A stretch of 64,000 nucleotides of DNA from an uncultured virus (IMG/VR IMGVR_UViG_3300047499_000163) (IMGVR_UViG_3300047499_000163), one strand, 5' to 3'; counted from the stretch's first letter, positions 1 through 9,303 are shown. The notes: a model not told the origin generated them from the sequence alone. Translations and numbers: made by a program.

Positions 1-93
1 TTTTCCATGCAGACCCGGATAGGCTCCGGGTCAGTCCACTCTCGGCTTCCACAAAATAGTGCGACAGTCATCCCCTCTCCACGGTACATGTAG

Positions 94-181
94 CGGAAAC
101 AGGTGGATTCGAACCACTTACCCTTTCGGAGTACCTCGCTTAGCAGGCGAGTGTCAGGTACCAGTCTGACGACCTGTTTCC
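94..181 (-). tRNA. tRNA-Ser(GCT), non-canonical 8/4 (or 9/3) fold
   Basis: Acceptor GGAAACAG/CTGTTTCC, T-stem GTGG-TTCGAAT-CCAC, anticodon loop CTGCTAA, long variable arm, G73. Confidence 0.85.
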
Positions 182-185
182 ATAG

Positions 186-273
186 CGGAAGGTGGTAGAT
201 TCGAACTACTCCGCCCTTTCGGACGTACCGGTTTTCGAAACCGGTGGCTGCTGCCATTCAGCCTGCACCTTCC
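186..273 (-). tRNA. tRNA-Ser(CGA), 8/4 fold
   Basis: 8-bp acceptor GGAAGGTG/CACCTTCC, 4-bp T-stem GTAG/CTAC, 5-bp D-stem, loop TTCGAAA. Confidence 0.88.
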
Positions 274-309
274 AGTAAATGAAGTTCACTCCAACGTATT
301 AAGGTCAAG

Positions 310-798
310 ATGGAACTGACGCTCAAGCGCGGCTCGGGTCTGATGTTCGATGGCACAAACTGGAATCTCGCCGCGGAGAACAAATGGCGGGTCCAAGTGC
401 TCCTCGTGCCGAACGGAAAAGAGAAGTTCCTGGGCATGAAGACTTTCGGCGGCGTCGAACATGCCGTCTTCCAATGCCTCAACGACGAATTCTTCGCGCA
501 ACCGAAGACGATTTGCAAGCTGCCCGTCCCCGAAGATCCGGCGGAGGTTCTTTACTCGCTCGAGCCACCGGCCGAGGAGGAGAAGCCCAAGGCCAGAACG
601 AAAACTGTCCAGGGCACCAAGATACTCACCTTCGCCGGCAAGAACTGGAAGCTTGCTGCCGATGCCAAGTGGAAGTCGTCCACCTCGTTCTCGACCTACG
701 AGACCAGCGAGAAGGTCGGCGAGAAAACCATCGGCCAGACCACCTACGACGTTTACAAGGCGTCGTCGGGGTTCATCGCGGTCAAGCAAGACGAATAG
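310..798 (+). CDS. hypothetical protein
   Basis: 162-aa ORF with protein-like composition. Confidence 0.7.
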   Translation: MELTLKRGSGLMFDGTNWNLAAENKWRVQVLLVPNGKEKFLGMKTFGGVEHAVFQCLNDEFFAQPKTICKLPVPEDPAEVLYSLEPPAEEEKPKARTKTVQGTKILTFAGKNWKLAADAKWKSSTSFSTYETSEKVGEKTIGQTTYDVYKASSGFIAVKQDE

Positions 799-820
799 CT
801 CATTTGTCGCGTCTTTGGGC

Positions 821-1114
821 ATGGAGCCCAAGGATCGTAAAGAGCGGTTCCACGCCAACCAGAAAATCTCTGGCTTCGGCATTGGCACCACGATGCACAT
901 GCCGTGTCCGTTCTGTGCTGCGCCGGATTTCGCGGTCTACAGGGTCATCGACACCGAGGACGCTCTAGTCGACGGCGCTGTGTGCAAAGAGTGCAACCGC
1001 GGCGCTGCCGTCGTGTTCCACGTGAACACACCATCGAACAAGCAGTTCGAGATGGTACAGACCTCGGGGCCCGATCAGCCCGAGTGGCTGGACCCGCCGA
1101 TGCGACGCAGATAG
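821..1114 (+). CDS. small Zn-finger-like protein
   Basis: ATG at 821; CPFC...CKEC. Confidence 0.65.
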   Translation: MEPKDRKERFHANQKISGFGIGTTMHMPCPFCAAPDFAVYRVIDTEDALVDGAVCKECNRGAAVVFHVNTPSNKQFEMVQTSGPDQPEWLDPPMRRR

Positions 1115-1177
1115 CGGAGGAGGAGGGATTCGAACCCCCGGTGGTGTGACCCACGGCGGTTTTCAAAACACACCGCC
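1115..1177 (-). pseudogene. 3' half of tRNA-Ser(TGA)
   Basis: Anticodon TGA, variable arm, T-arm and acceptor 3' strand present; D-arm and 5' acceptor strand absent. Confidence 0.75.
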
Positions 1178-1216
1178 CAGACTAACGGTTTTCACCTTCT
1201 TGTTGAAAACCGAAAT

Positions 1217-1786
1217 GTGATCATAACCTGCGCAAACCCTGAATGCGGTAAACAATTTACGAAGCCATGGAAACACATCGACTTCGAAAAATCAGACCGC
1301 GGTAGGTTCTGCTCCAGAAAGTGTTATCTCAGTCAGTTCTCTGAAGCTCCCACAGGAGAAATGCGAGTCTGTGCGAGATGCACAATTTCCAAAGATACTT
1401 CTCTTTTCTTGAAGAGATACTCAGGCACTCGTACTGGCAAACTAGGGGCTTGGTGTAAACCCTGTTTCAGCACGTATCAAATGGTGCGTTGGAATGCCTT
1501 AAAAATAGAGATTATCGCGCATCTTGGTGGAAAGTGTTCTGGATGCAAAAGAACTTTCCATCCAGCAGTATATGACCTTCATCACTTAGACCCTGTTAAC
1601 AAATCTTTTGACTGGACTGATTTGAGGAAGAAACCTCAATCAGTGATCTGGGATGAGATTCAAAAATGCGTTTTGATTTGCGGTAACTGTCACAGACTTC
1701 AGCACATTAACGAGAAGAACTGGCAAACTGCACAGGTCTTATACGAGGAGCGGAAGCAGAGGGAATCGAACCCCCAAGGCCCGTGA
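1217..1786 (+). CDS. HNH endonuclease with N-terminal Zn fingers
   Basis: LGGKCSGC...YDLHHLDP..K...C.L.CGNCHR; low GC. Confidence 0.88.
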   Translation: MIITCANPECGKQFTKPWKHIDFEKSDRGRFCSRKCYLSQFSEAPTGEMRVCARCTISKDTSLFLKRYSGTRTGKLGAWCKPCFSTYQMVRWNALKIEIIAHLGGKCSGCKRTFHPAVYDLHHLDPVNKSFDWTDLRKKPQSVIWDEIQKCVLICGNCHRLQHINEKNWQTAQVLYEERKQRESNPQGP

Positions 1787-1837
1787 AGGCTCGCTTGATT
1801 TCAAATCAAGTTCCGTCACCAATCGGATTGTACTTCC
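1751..1837 (-). tRNA. tRNA-Ser(TGA)
   Basis: Full cloverleaf, loop TTTGAAA, long variable arm; overlaps HNH 3' end. Confidence 0.9.
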
Positions 1838-1840
1838 AAT

Positions 1841-2032
1841 TCACTTCTTCGGGCAGTACGGACAGGGCTCGCAATACTTCGGCCAGTTCGCCCGTTTCTC
1901 TGCGTCAGTCGAACGATTCCAACCGGCCGGATATGGCCACCTATGTTCGCAGGTGGCGATCTCCGTATTGGGTAGCGGATTCTCAGCCAAAAAATCGAGG
2001 AGTACGCCAATTTTCGTGTGATCGAGGGACAT
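1841..2032 (-). CDS. small Cys-rich hypothetical protein
   Basis: ATG overlaps upstream stop (TAATG); CEPCPYC. Confidence 0.55.
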   Translation of the reverse strand: MSLDHTKIGVLLDFLAENPLPNTEIATCEHRWPYPAGWNRSTDAEKRANWPKYCEPCPYCPKK

Positions 2033-2259
2033 TACGACAGCATCACTTTCTTGACCACTCGAAAATTGGCGTACTCCTCGCAAGTGTATCGAGTCGGCTC
2101 AGGATGAGTCCACATCTGGTGGTGACGAACTTTCCTGGTGGGAGACGGCTTCTTCTCACTCGGCCATTCGCCTCCACACTTAGCGCAGCGCCACACAGGA
2201 ATCCCGCCATCGGCCGGATCTTCACTGTAGCCCCCGGTAGGTCGCCAATCGTGCATCAT
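2032..2259 (-). CDS. small Zn-finger protein with VxxVMxS C-terminus
   Basis: CAKC; ends VVKKVMLS. Confidence 0.6.
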   Translation of the reverse strand: MMHDWRPTGGYSEDPADGGIPVWRCAKCGGEWPSEKKPSPTRKVRHHQMWTHPEPTRYTCEEYANFRVVKKVMLS

Positions 2260-2900
2260 GCGCTCGTCTTGAGAAGCTCGTCCGGGGTTGCCAGGTCGTC
2301 GATCTGGCGGCCCGCCATCCACTTCCTGAAGTGACCCGACGAGTGAGAGATGAGTTCCATGCCGGCCAGCACCATCGATTGCATGGAGCCGGTGAGAGTC
2401 GGAATGGCCTCGAGCCCAACGATGGCGTTGATGAGCGGCACCTGCGCATGCGAGGGGTCGATGATCCTCACCTCGGCGCCCGGTTTGTCTGGCGAACAGT
2501 TGTCCGGATCGCTCACGACGAAGTACGTCCGGCAGGCGATGGGACGAACGTTGTAGATGCGGCAGTCTCCCGACTTCTTGTCGAGAAACGGACATCCCTT
2601 CTTGTTCTCCATCCACTGGTAGGACTTGGACTTCGTGCCCGACATCGCACGAATATCATCCGAGTCCTGCTGTAGCCTTACCCGGAGAGCCTGAAGCTCA
2701 GGCATCCACGACGGCGAGTCCATGAGGTGCGCCGCGATGAGGGCGCCCTCGGCCAACGAGGTGCCGATGAGCTGGTAGCAGCAGTGGTTGCATCCGCGCT
2801 GACATGACGCGATGCTCCGCGCGTGCTGTGTCCAAGGCTCGGCGTGCTCGTGATACAGCGGCAGCAGCTTCTTCGCAGCCTTGTGCGCGTCTTTGTTCAC
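2256..2900 (-). CDS. YkgJ-family cysteine cluster (Zn/Fe-chelating) protein
   Basis: CQRGCNHCC...CPFL...C.IY..RP..CR. Confidence 0.85.
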   Translation of the reverse strand: MNKDAHKAAKKLLPLYHEHAEPWTQHARSIASCQRGCNHCCYQLIGTSLAEGALIAAHLMDSPSWMPELQALRVRLQQDSDDIRAMSGTKSKSYQWMENKKGCPFLDKKSGDCRIYNVRPIACRTYFVVSDPDNCSPDKPGAEVRIIDPSHAQVPLINAIVGLEAIPTLTGSMQSMVLAGMELISHSSGHFRKWMAGRQIDDLATPDELLKTSA

Positions 2901-2929
2901 CCGGACAGGTACACTACCGGGATTCGAAC

Positions 2930-3127
2930 TTACTGGCGCTCGACGTCCGGGCTCTCGGCGGGCGGCGTCTCGAGCTTCTGGATCTGCGTCAGGTCGATCT
3001 TGTGCTTGTTGGCCGCGTGCTTGGCGTAGATCTCGCCGAGATTCTTGTTCATGGTCGTCCCGTCGTGCGGGACGCCATCCGAGTACATGTACGACGCGAC
3101 GCGTGCAGCGATTCTGAGCATGCTCAT
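2930..3127 (-). CDS. small hypothetical protein
   Basis: MSMLRIAARVA...; start overlaps upstream stop. Confidence 0.5.
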   Translation of the reverse strand: MSMLRIAARVASYMYSDGVPHDGTTMNKNLGEIYAKHAANKHKIDLTQIQKLETPPAESPDVERQ

Positions 3128-3807
3128 TAGTTCACCAGGGCTACAGTGATGATGGAGTTGTTGCCAGGTCCCATCGCCGGGCCTTGCCATTGGCACACGG
3201 GTTCGGGCTTGAACTGAGTCCCGGCATGGCACCCGGGTCCACCGGCAGGGATTCCGCAGGGCGGGTGCTCCCGGCCCGTGCAAATGTCGCAGCCGTAGGG
3301 GAAGACGCCCACGATCTTCTCGTTGCCTTCCTTGCCGGCCGGAGGTCCGAGAACAGTCTCTTGACCCGAGGGCTCCCGGCTCGTGATCTTGAGCTTGTTG
3401 CTGTACCCGTCGACGAGGCTCACGTCGAGCGTGTTGTACCACTTTGGGTTCGCCACGTTCAGCTCGGCCTTGGTGGCGCCACACCCCTGGGTGTTGTACG
3501 AGATGGTGACGTTGGTGTACTCGCCGCGATGCCCAGCCGGTTGCTTTCCATGAGCCGGAAGCACGAAAATGCAGTTCAGCGGCGCGGTGACACTGCAGAA
3601 GCTCTTCCAGCCCTCTGCCTTCACCGTCGAGTCGGACCCGAAAGAAACCCACACCTGGGCGGATGAATCCGTCTCGTTGGCGATGATGATCTCGTCTCCG
3701 ATACCGGAAGCCATCGGTGCGGGAGCCTGTTGCGAAGCCCCCAAGTAGACCGCGGCTGCAGCAGCGACAGCCAGGGGTCCGCCAATGATTAGGTGCTTCT
3801 TGCTCAT
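3127..3807 (-). CDS. secreted thaumatin-like Cys-rich protein
   Basis: N-terminal hydrophobic segment; TKAELNV...DVSLVDGYS resembles thaumatin TLAEF...DVSLVDGYN. Confidence 0.6.
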   Translation of the reverse strand: MSKKHLIIGGPLAVAAAAAVYLGASQQAPAPMASGIGDEIIIANETDSSAQVWVSFGSDSTVKAEGWKSFCSVTAPLNCIFVLPAHGKQPAGHRGEYTNVTISYNTQGCGATKAELNVANPKWYNTLDVSLVDGYSNKLKITSREPSGQETVLGPPAGKEGNEKIVGVFPYGCDICTGREHPPCGIPAGGPGCHAGTQFKPEPVCQWQGPAMGPGNNSIITVALVN

Positions 3808-3830
3808 GCCCGGATCAGGCAACAAAAGTC

Positions 3831-3918
3831 TGGCGGAAGAAGAGGGATTCGAACCCCCGACACCCTTGCGGGTGTTACGGCTTTCCAGGCCGCTGCCTTA
3901 CCACTCGGCCATTCTTCC
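3831..3918 (-). tRNA. tRNA-Ser(GGA)
   Basis: Cloverleaf, loop CTGGAAA, encoded CCA. Confidence 0.93.
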
Positions 3919-3951
3919 GTAGGTATTTCTTCAAGCGGTGTATACTAAGAC

Positions 3952-4359
3952 GTGTACGAATTCGGGAAGGCGCTGCTGGCGCATTGCCTCCACGAGCAGT
4001 TCTTCTTCGATGACGACCCGAACAACCTAATGCTCGGGTTCGTGTGTAGCTGTTCGGGTGAGGACCAGAAGTGGACGGCGACGCTGAAAGAGCTGAAGCT
4101 CTACCCGACCGAGCTTCAAAACGTGCTGCTGATGCTCAAGGAAAAAGCCAAAGATCCGGAAGGAGAATGGCACATCGCGCAGCAGGTCGACGCGCTGTTG
4201 ACAAGCAAAGAGAGACATCGGCGCTTCATGCGCCAGCAGAAGTTCGGCGCAATCATCCTGGCCATTGACCAGGCGCTCAAATGCAAAAGAATCTCCGACT
4301 CCAAACGCAAAAGACTCCAGCGCAGAAAAGCTCGTCTGCGGGTCAAAATGTACCAGTAA
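3952..4359 (+). CDS. hypothetical protein
   Basis: 135-aa ORF, HxxH...CxC. Confidence 0.65.
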   Translation: MYEFGKALLAHCLHEQFFFDDDPNNLMLGFVCSCSGEDQKWTATLKELKLYPTELQNVLLMLKEKAKDPEGEWHIAQQVDALLTSKERHRRFMRQQKFGAIILAIDQALKCKRISDSKRKRLQRRKARLRVKMYQ

Positions 4360-4370
4360 CGCGCGCTCGG

Positions 4371-4844
4371 ATGTCGAGCATACTTCGCCGTGTTTCCGCG
4401 TTCGTGGGTTCCAGTCCGGACGACCTCGCGGTGACAAAGGCATCGCGCCAGAGTCCGTACGCGACCTTGGTGTCTACAATCCTCTCGCTCCGTAACCGCG
4501 ACGAGGTCACGCAGGTCGTGACGCCGCGACTCCTGGACCGGGCTCCGACTCCGGAGAGGATGCTCGAGCTTTCGGATGATGAAATCGCTCAGATCATCTA
4601 TCCGACGAGCTTCTACAGACGGAAGGCCGTGGCTATTCGCAAGGCCTCCAAGCAGATCTTCGAAAAGCACGGCGGCCAGGTCCCGGACACCCTCGAGGGT
4701 GTCCCGGACACCCTCGAGGGACTGCTTTCTCTGTTCGGCATCGGCCGCAAGAGCGCAAATCTCATACTGACTCTCGGGTTCGGTAAACCCGGAATCTGCG
4801 TCGATACTCACGTATTTTCCATTTCGAAAATTGCCCCCGTATAG
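4371..4844 (+). pseudogene. nth: endonuclease III (HhH-GPD), C-terminally truncated
   Basis: LVSTILS, LLSLFGIGRKSAN, VDTHV then early stop with no Fe-S motif; 21-nt tandem duplication at 4680-4720. Confidence 0.75.
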
Positions 4845-4858
4845 CCGGGGGCCACGCT

Positions 4859-5479
4859 TTACGCGACCGCAGCAGTCTCGTCGTCGATGACGAACTGAGC
4901 TACGTACGGCAGCCAGTTGACCGGCATCTCCTTCGGGTCGAACCTGGGCCCGACCATCGGGAGAGTCTTGGGCTTGTACGGCCTGCGCAGGAGCTTCATG
5001 CTCGCCTGCTCCGGCGTGCGATTGCGCTTGCGGCTGTTGCACGGGTAGCAGGAAGTCACGATGTTTTCCCACACAGTCCTTCCGCCCTGGTCACGCGGCA
5101 CGACGTGGTCGTAGTTCAGCTCGAGCATCTTCTTGGACTGCCCGCAGTACATGCACCTGAAACCGTCACGCGTGAAGACGTTGATTCGGGAGAACTTCAC
5201 GCCACGCTTGACGCTTCCTACCGCGTTCACGAGGACCGCGATAGACGGAGTGCGAATTACCACATCGCACCCAGGCTGCACGCGGGGACCGAGCGCCCGG
5301 ATCACCTGACGGAACTCCCCATGCCTTGCGGCCGGCAGAACTCCGACGATGTGCTCGTCGCTCGCCCACTCCTCGATTACTCGGATTTTGCCCTGGAAGA
5401 GCATCAGAAGTGCTCTGCTCTCTGGCACGATCTTGTGAGGGGCAAAATCCCTCGTCAGGATCAGCGTCTTCGTGGACAT
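4859..5479 (-). CDS. HNH endonuclease (McrA-like)
   Basis: RDGFRCMYCG...DHVVPR..GG...WEN.V.SC..CN..K. Confidence 0.9.
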   Translation of the reverse strand: MSTKTLILTRDFAPHKIVPESRALLMLFQGKIRVIEEWASDEHIVGVLPAARHGEFRQVIRALGPRVQPGCDVVIRTPSIAVLVNAVGSVKRGVKFSRINVFTRDGFRCMYCGQSKKMLELNYDHVVPRDQGGRTVWENIVTSCYPCNSRKRNRTPEQASMKLLRRPYKPKTLPMVGPRFDPKEMPVNWLPYVAQFVIDDETAAVA

Positions 5480-5560
5480 GTATCACCTTCATCTTCGTCT
5501 CTTCTTCTTCATTGGTTCCTCCCCTTGCGGGGGTCAGAGGCGGAATTGCCTCGTAATCTG

Positions 5561-5661
5561 TGGAGCCGGTCCGGATCGAACGGACATGGACCTGAGATCC
5601 GATTGAAGATCACTACTCAGGGTGATCTTTCAACTGCGTCTTCCTGTTCCGCCACGGCTCC
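5561..5661 (-). ncRNA. tRNA-like RNA with extended anticodon arm
   Basis: Acceptor GGAGCCG/CGGCTCC, Leu-like D-arm, T-arm, about 12-bp anticodon helix. Confidence 0.7.
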
Positions 5662-5689
5662 CTTGAATCTTCGTCCTGGACCTAGCCAA

Positions 5690-6146
5690 GTGCCAAACAA
5701 TCCTTGTTTCGTTATTTCGCGAATTGCGGGGGATAGTGCCGTCCATGCTTCTAGCGGCATTTCTCCTCTTATGTAATTGCACCGCATGCAACTAGGATTG
5801 ACATTCCACGTTTGATGTCCGAATTCGCTATTTTCCTATCTAGTGTCATAGGAAGATCAGACGAACCGCAATATGAGCACGGAAAAAGGAGCAGCTTCTT
5901 TATTGAATCTCGTGTGAGATCCGTTTTCCACCCAAACTTCCGGTCTGCTCTCTTTATGTCGTTAAATAGGTATTTATCTCGAAATTCTTTTTTCTGCCGA
6001 TTCTGCTTTTGTCTGAAAGTCGTAGCTTCACCTTCACACTTACGGCAGATCGATCTTCTAAGATGTGAATTATCCCCAGATCGAAATCTGAACTCATTAA
6101 CATTCTTAGGCTTATGACACTTATAACAAGTTCTTTTTTGAGCCAT
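5690..6146 (-). pseudogene. HNH endonuclease, frameshifted
   Basis: CSYCG...TLDRK then, in another frame, NSEFGHQTWNVNPSCMRCN; 3' end approximate. Confidence 0.7.
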
Positions 6147-6179
6147 GCGTTACTTTACAGCATGGCTCTCGGAGCCTTG

Positions 6180-6252
6180 TAGGGACGGCGGGACTCGAAC
6201 CCGCACTACAGGGATTTTAAATCCCCTGACTCTGCCGTTGGTCTACGTCCCC
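6180..6252 (-). tRNA. tRNA-Leu(TAA), short variable loop
   Basis: Cloverleaf, loop TTTAAAA. Confidence 0.88.
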
Positions 6253-6777
6253 GTATGACACGTTGTCTCATATGTGGCACGATGCCACGTGCGTTTCGCA
6301 AGATGCCTGAAATACCCGTGCACTTTGCGAACATCAGGTCGCGTTTTTTCTTTCCTTCACGGGAAAAAACGGCACGTTGGCTGCATTATTCTCTCTTATG
6401 CCTCTAGCCCTAGAAAGCGTGACGGTCCAAGAGTCCCCACTCCAAGAGTCCCACGCTCGAATCCCTAATGAGGATATCGAATTATTCGCAGAACGGCTCA
6501 TTCGTCAACAACTTCTGCTGCAATACGTAGAAACCAATCATCCCGTACTCCTGAAAGAAAACGAATTGGTTCAGGAAGCCGAGGATAAAATCCGTGACAT
6601 TGTTCACTCACTCTCCATCAGCGCTCAAAGCAAGAGGCTGGTGGAGATGTCTGTTCTCATCCGCGTGCGGAACTCAGTCCGCTTGATGATTGGTTTTCAC
6701 GAAGTCGACGAAGATGTTGCTGAGTTGGCTGTCTTTGGAGCGGCCAAAGAGGCTTACAACCGGATTTCGCAGTTCAG

Positions 6778-6862
6778 TGCACAGGGAGGGAGTCGAACCC
6801 TCACGACCCGAAGGCCGCCGGATTTTGAATCCGGTGCGTCTACCAGTTCCAGCCACCTGTGC
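6778..6862 (-). tRNA. tRNA-Leu(CAA)
   Basis: Cloverleaf, loop TTCAAAA, long variable arm. Confidence 0.9.
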
Positions 6863-6871
6863 GTGCGTTAG

Positions 6872-6951
6872 TAGGACCGTGGGGAGTTGAACCCCTGGCT
6901 TGCGCCGGGAAGATTATAAGTCCTCCTGCCCCGACCGGAGGCGCCGGTCCC
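6872..6951 (-). tRNA. tRNA-Ile(TAT), long variable arm
   Basis: Loop CTTATAA; hairpin in variable region. Confidence 0.75.
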
Positions 6952-6953
6952 GC

Positions 6954-7208
6954 TTACGGGGTGACCGGCTTTGTATTCGCTGGTGCATTCGGATCCTCCA
7001 TTTCAATCTTGCGCCATCGGATTCCTACTGTTTCCGGCTGGCCGTCCCTTCCAATCTTGGCGTTTGGATCGGGGACGTACTCTCCCATGTACCATCCGTC
7101 GTCTGTCTCGCGGCGCCAAGTCTTTCCGAGGTAGGTGCCGCTAGGGAGAGAGTGCGAGTAGTTCGGCATCTTGTCGAACTCTTGCCTGGTCAGGACGACT
7201 GTCTCCAT
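6954..7208 (-). CDS. hypothetical protein
   Basis: METVVLTRQEF...; start uncertain. Confidence 0.6.
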   Translation of the reverse strand: METVVLTRQEFDKMPNYSHSLPSGTYLGKTWRRETDDGWYMGEYVPDPNAKIGRDGQPETVGIRWRKIEMEDPNAPANTKPVTP

Positions 7209-7300
7209 TCTTGTTTCTACATTCACACGAGCGACACGCTCTCGGCACTGGGCGCTGCTTGTTTCGCATGGTACTGTAGCTCCATACGCATACGGAAACC

Positions 7301-8356
7301 ATGATCGACAAGCACCTGCACCATCCGGATCTGAACGTTGCGGCCTCCAAGTGGAGCGAAGAGCAGACGCTCCACGTGGCCGCGTGCTACAGCAACCCGT
7401 TTCGCTGGAGAACTCGCCGCGAACTCGCAAACGACTTCCGCCGTCACATGATGCAGACGTCGAACATCGACCTGCACATGATAGAGCTGGCGTATGGCGA
7501 CCGTCCCTTCGAGGTGACGAACAAGTCGCTCTACCCAAACGACATCCAGCTGCGCACGCAGAGCGAGCTTTTCCACAAGGAGAACTTGCTCAACATCGCG
7601 GTCCGGAGCTTTCCACCGGACTGGAAGTATGGCGCCATCATCGACGCGGACTTTCATTTCACGCGCCATGATATCGCGCTCGAGACCATCCACCAGCTCC
7701 AGCACTACGACTTCGTGCAGATGTTCTCGTCGTACACCGACTTGTCGGGTGAAACGCTCGGTTCAGGTCATAGGCCCATCCAGACGAATTTCGGCTTCGT
7801 GTGGAACTACGTCCAGAACGGCTACAAACTTCCGCCCGGGTTCGAGGACGGCGGTTGGAAGTGCGCTCCTGACTACTACTACGAACCTGGCAAGAAGCAC
7901 AACCCCGTAGGAGCGACGGGCGGAGCCTGGGCGTTCCGTAGGTCAGCTTTCGAGAGAGTCGGCGGTCTTCTCGACAGGTGCATTCTCGGACACGGCGACT
8001 GGTTCATGGCCTTTGGGCTTGTGTGCGAGGAAGCTCGCGACATGCGCCTGACCGGGTACCACTCGCAGTACCAGAAGTATATCGCGCAGTGGCAGAACCG
8101 AGCGGCACTTCTGAAGAAGAACATCGGCTACGTCGATTGCCACGCAATCCACCACTTCCATGGTCCGAAGAAGCGGCGCGGGTATTCGTCTCGAGACGAG
8201 ATCCTCGTCAAGCACCAATACGACCCGATGGTGGACGTGTTCTACGACTGGCAGGGAGTCCTCCAGCTCACCACCGAGAAGCCGTCGCTCCGGGATGCCA
8301 TCCGTGCGTACTTCATCTCGCGAAGTGAGGACCTGCCCCACGCCGAGCAACCGTAG
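7301..8356 (+). CDS. putative glycosyltransferase (GT-A-like)
   Basis: KENLLN...IDAD (DxD)...GGAWAFRR..F...GG.LD...G.GD. Confidence 0.65.
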   Translation: MIDKHLHHPDLNVAASKWSEEQTLHVAACYSNPFRWRTRRELANDFRRHMMQTSNIDLHMIELAYGDRPFEVTNKSLYPNDIQLRTQSELFHKENLLNIAVRSFPPDWKYGAIIDADFHFTRHDIALETIHQLQHYDFVQMFSSYTDLSGETLGSGHRPIQTNFGFVWNYVQNGYKLPPGFEDGGWKCAPDYYYEPGKKHNPVGATGGAWAFRRSAFERVGGLLDRCILGHGDWFMAFGLVCEEARDMRLTGYHSQYQKYIAQWQNRAALLKKNIGYVDCHAIHHFHGPKKRRGYSSRDEILVKHQYDPMVDVFYDWQGVLQLTTEKPSLRDAIRAYFISRSEDLPHAEQP

Positions 8357-8440
8357 TGCGCGAGGAGGGACTCGAACCCTCACGCCCCGGAGGGCGCCGG
8401 AACCTAAATCCGGTGCGTCTACCAACTCCGCCACTCGCGC
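8357..8440 (-). tRNA. tRNA-Leu(TAG)
   Basis: Cloverleaf, loop TTTAGGT. Confidence 0.92.
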
Positions 8441-8489
8441 GTAAATTGTTGGGCTATACCCGTACGGATTCCGTAGAAGGAGTCCGAAT

Positions 8490-8843
8490 ATGTCGAGTCC
8501 GAAGGTGGAGAAGGCTGTTTCGCTGGTTCACAAGATCGAGGCGAAACGGGCCGAATTAGCCGACCTGGAGCGGGAATTCGAGGAACTCATCAGTCCGGTC
8601 CGCGTCGTCAAGCGACGTATTCCACACGCCGCTCGAAGGATGGATGGGGCGGCTCACAAGCTCCGTGGAAACGGCGCCAAGGCCCTCAAGATCCTCCAGA
8701 AGACCGAGGGGCCCATCAAGCTCAAAGAGCTGCAGGCTCGGCTCGGTATCTCGGGCTCCGGCACTGCCAGCATCCTCAACAGGCTCATCAAGATGGGGCT
8801 CGCCGAGAAGACCGGCTACGGGCAGTACGCGTCCAAGTCGTAG
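8490..8843 (+). CDS. coiled-coil plus winged-helix DNA-binding protein
   Basis: LKELQARLGIS...ASILNRL.K.GL.EKTGYG.Y; SD AAGGAG. Confidence 0.7.
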   Translation: MSSPKVEKAVSLVHKIEAKRAELADLEREFEELISPVRVVKRRIPHAARRMDGAAHKLRGNGAKALKILQKTEGPIKLKELQARLGISGSGTASILNRLIKMGLAEKTGYGQYASKS

Positions 8844-8982
8844 CGAGTAGTCCTGAGCGATGAACGGCTCGACCCTCTTGCGGTCTAGCTCGCGACTAAA
8901 TGCTTCGAGTCTTTCCAAGATGTCCATGATCGAGTCCTAGGGCGACGACAGTACCGCGCAGGACACGATCCGTACATCGGCA

Positions 8983-9240
8983 TTAGTTCACTGGCCCTGT
9001 GGGGTCCTTGAGGATAAGGAACTTATCCTCCATGCCGAGCGCCAGAGCGGTGAGGCGAAGGACGGCCTCGAGTTTCTTCTCGTTGGTTCCGTCTACACTT
9101 TCCACGGCGTCGGCCAGAACTCGGCAAAGGGCAGAGACCAGGCTCCCTGGAGCCTCGGCATCCTGCTGCCCTGCCTGCTCCTCCAAGAACTCGCTGATGG
9201 CGGCGTACCATGCATCAGCGCGTGCCTGATCGACCTTCAT
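8983..9240 (-). CDS. hypothetical protein
   Basis: 85-aa helical ORF. Confidence 0.55.
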   Translation of the reverse strand: MKVDQARADAWYAAISEFLEEQAGQQDAEAPGSLVSALCRVLADAVESVDGTNEKKLEAVLRLTALALGMEDKFLILKDPTGPVN

Positions 9241-9303
9241 CGTTCAGAGACACGATGAAAGACGTATCCCCGATGGATTAGAACCTCTATTGCGGTTCTA
9301 ATC

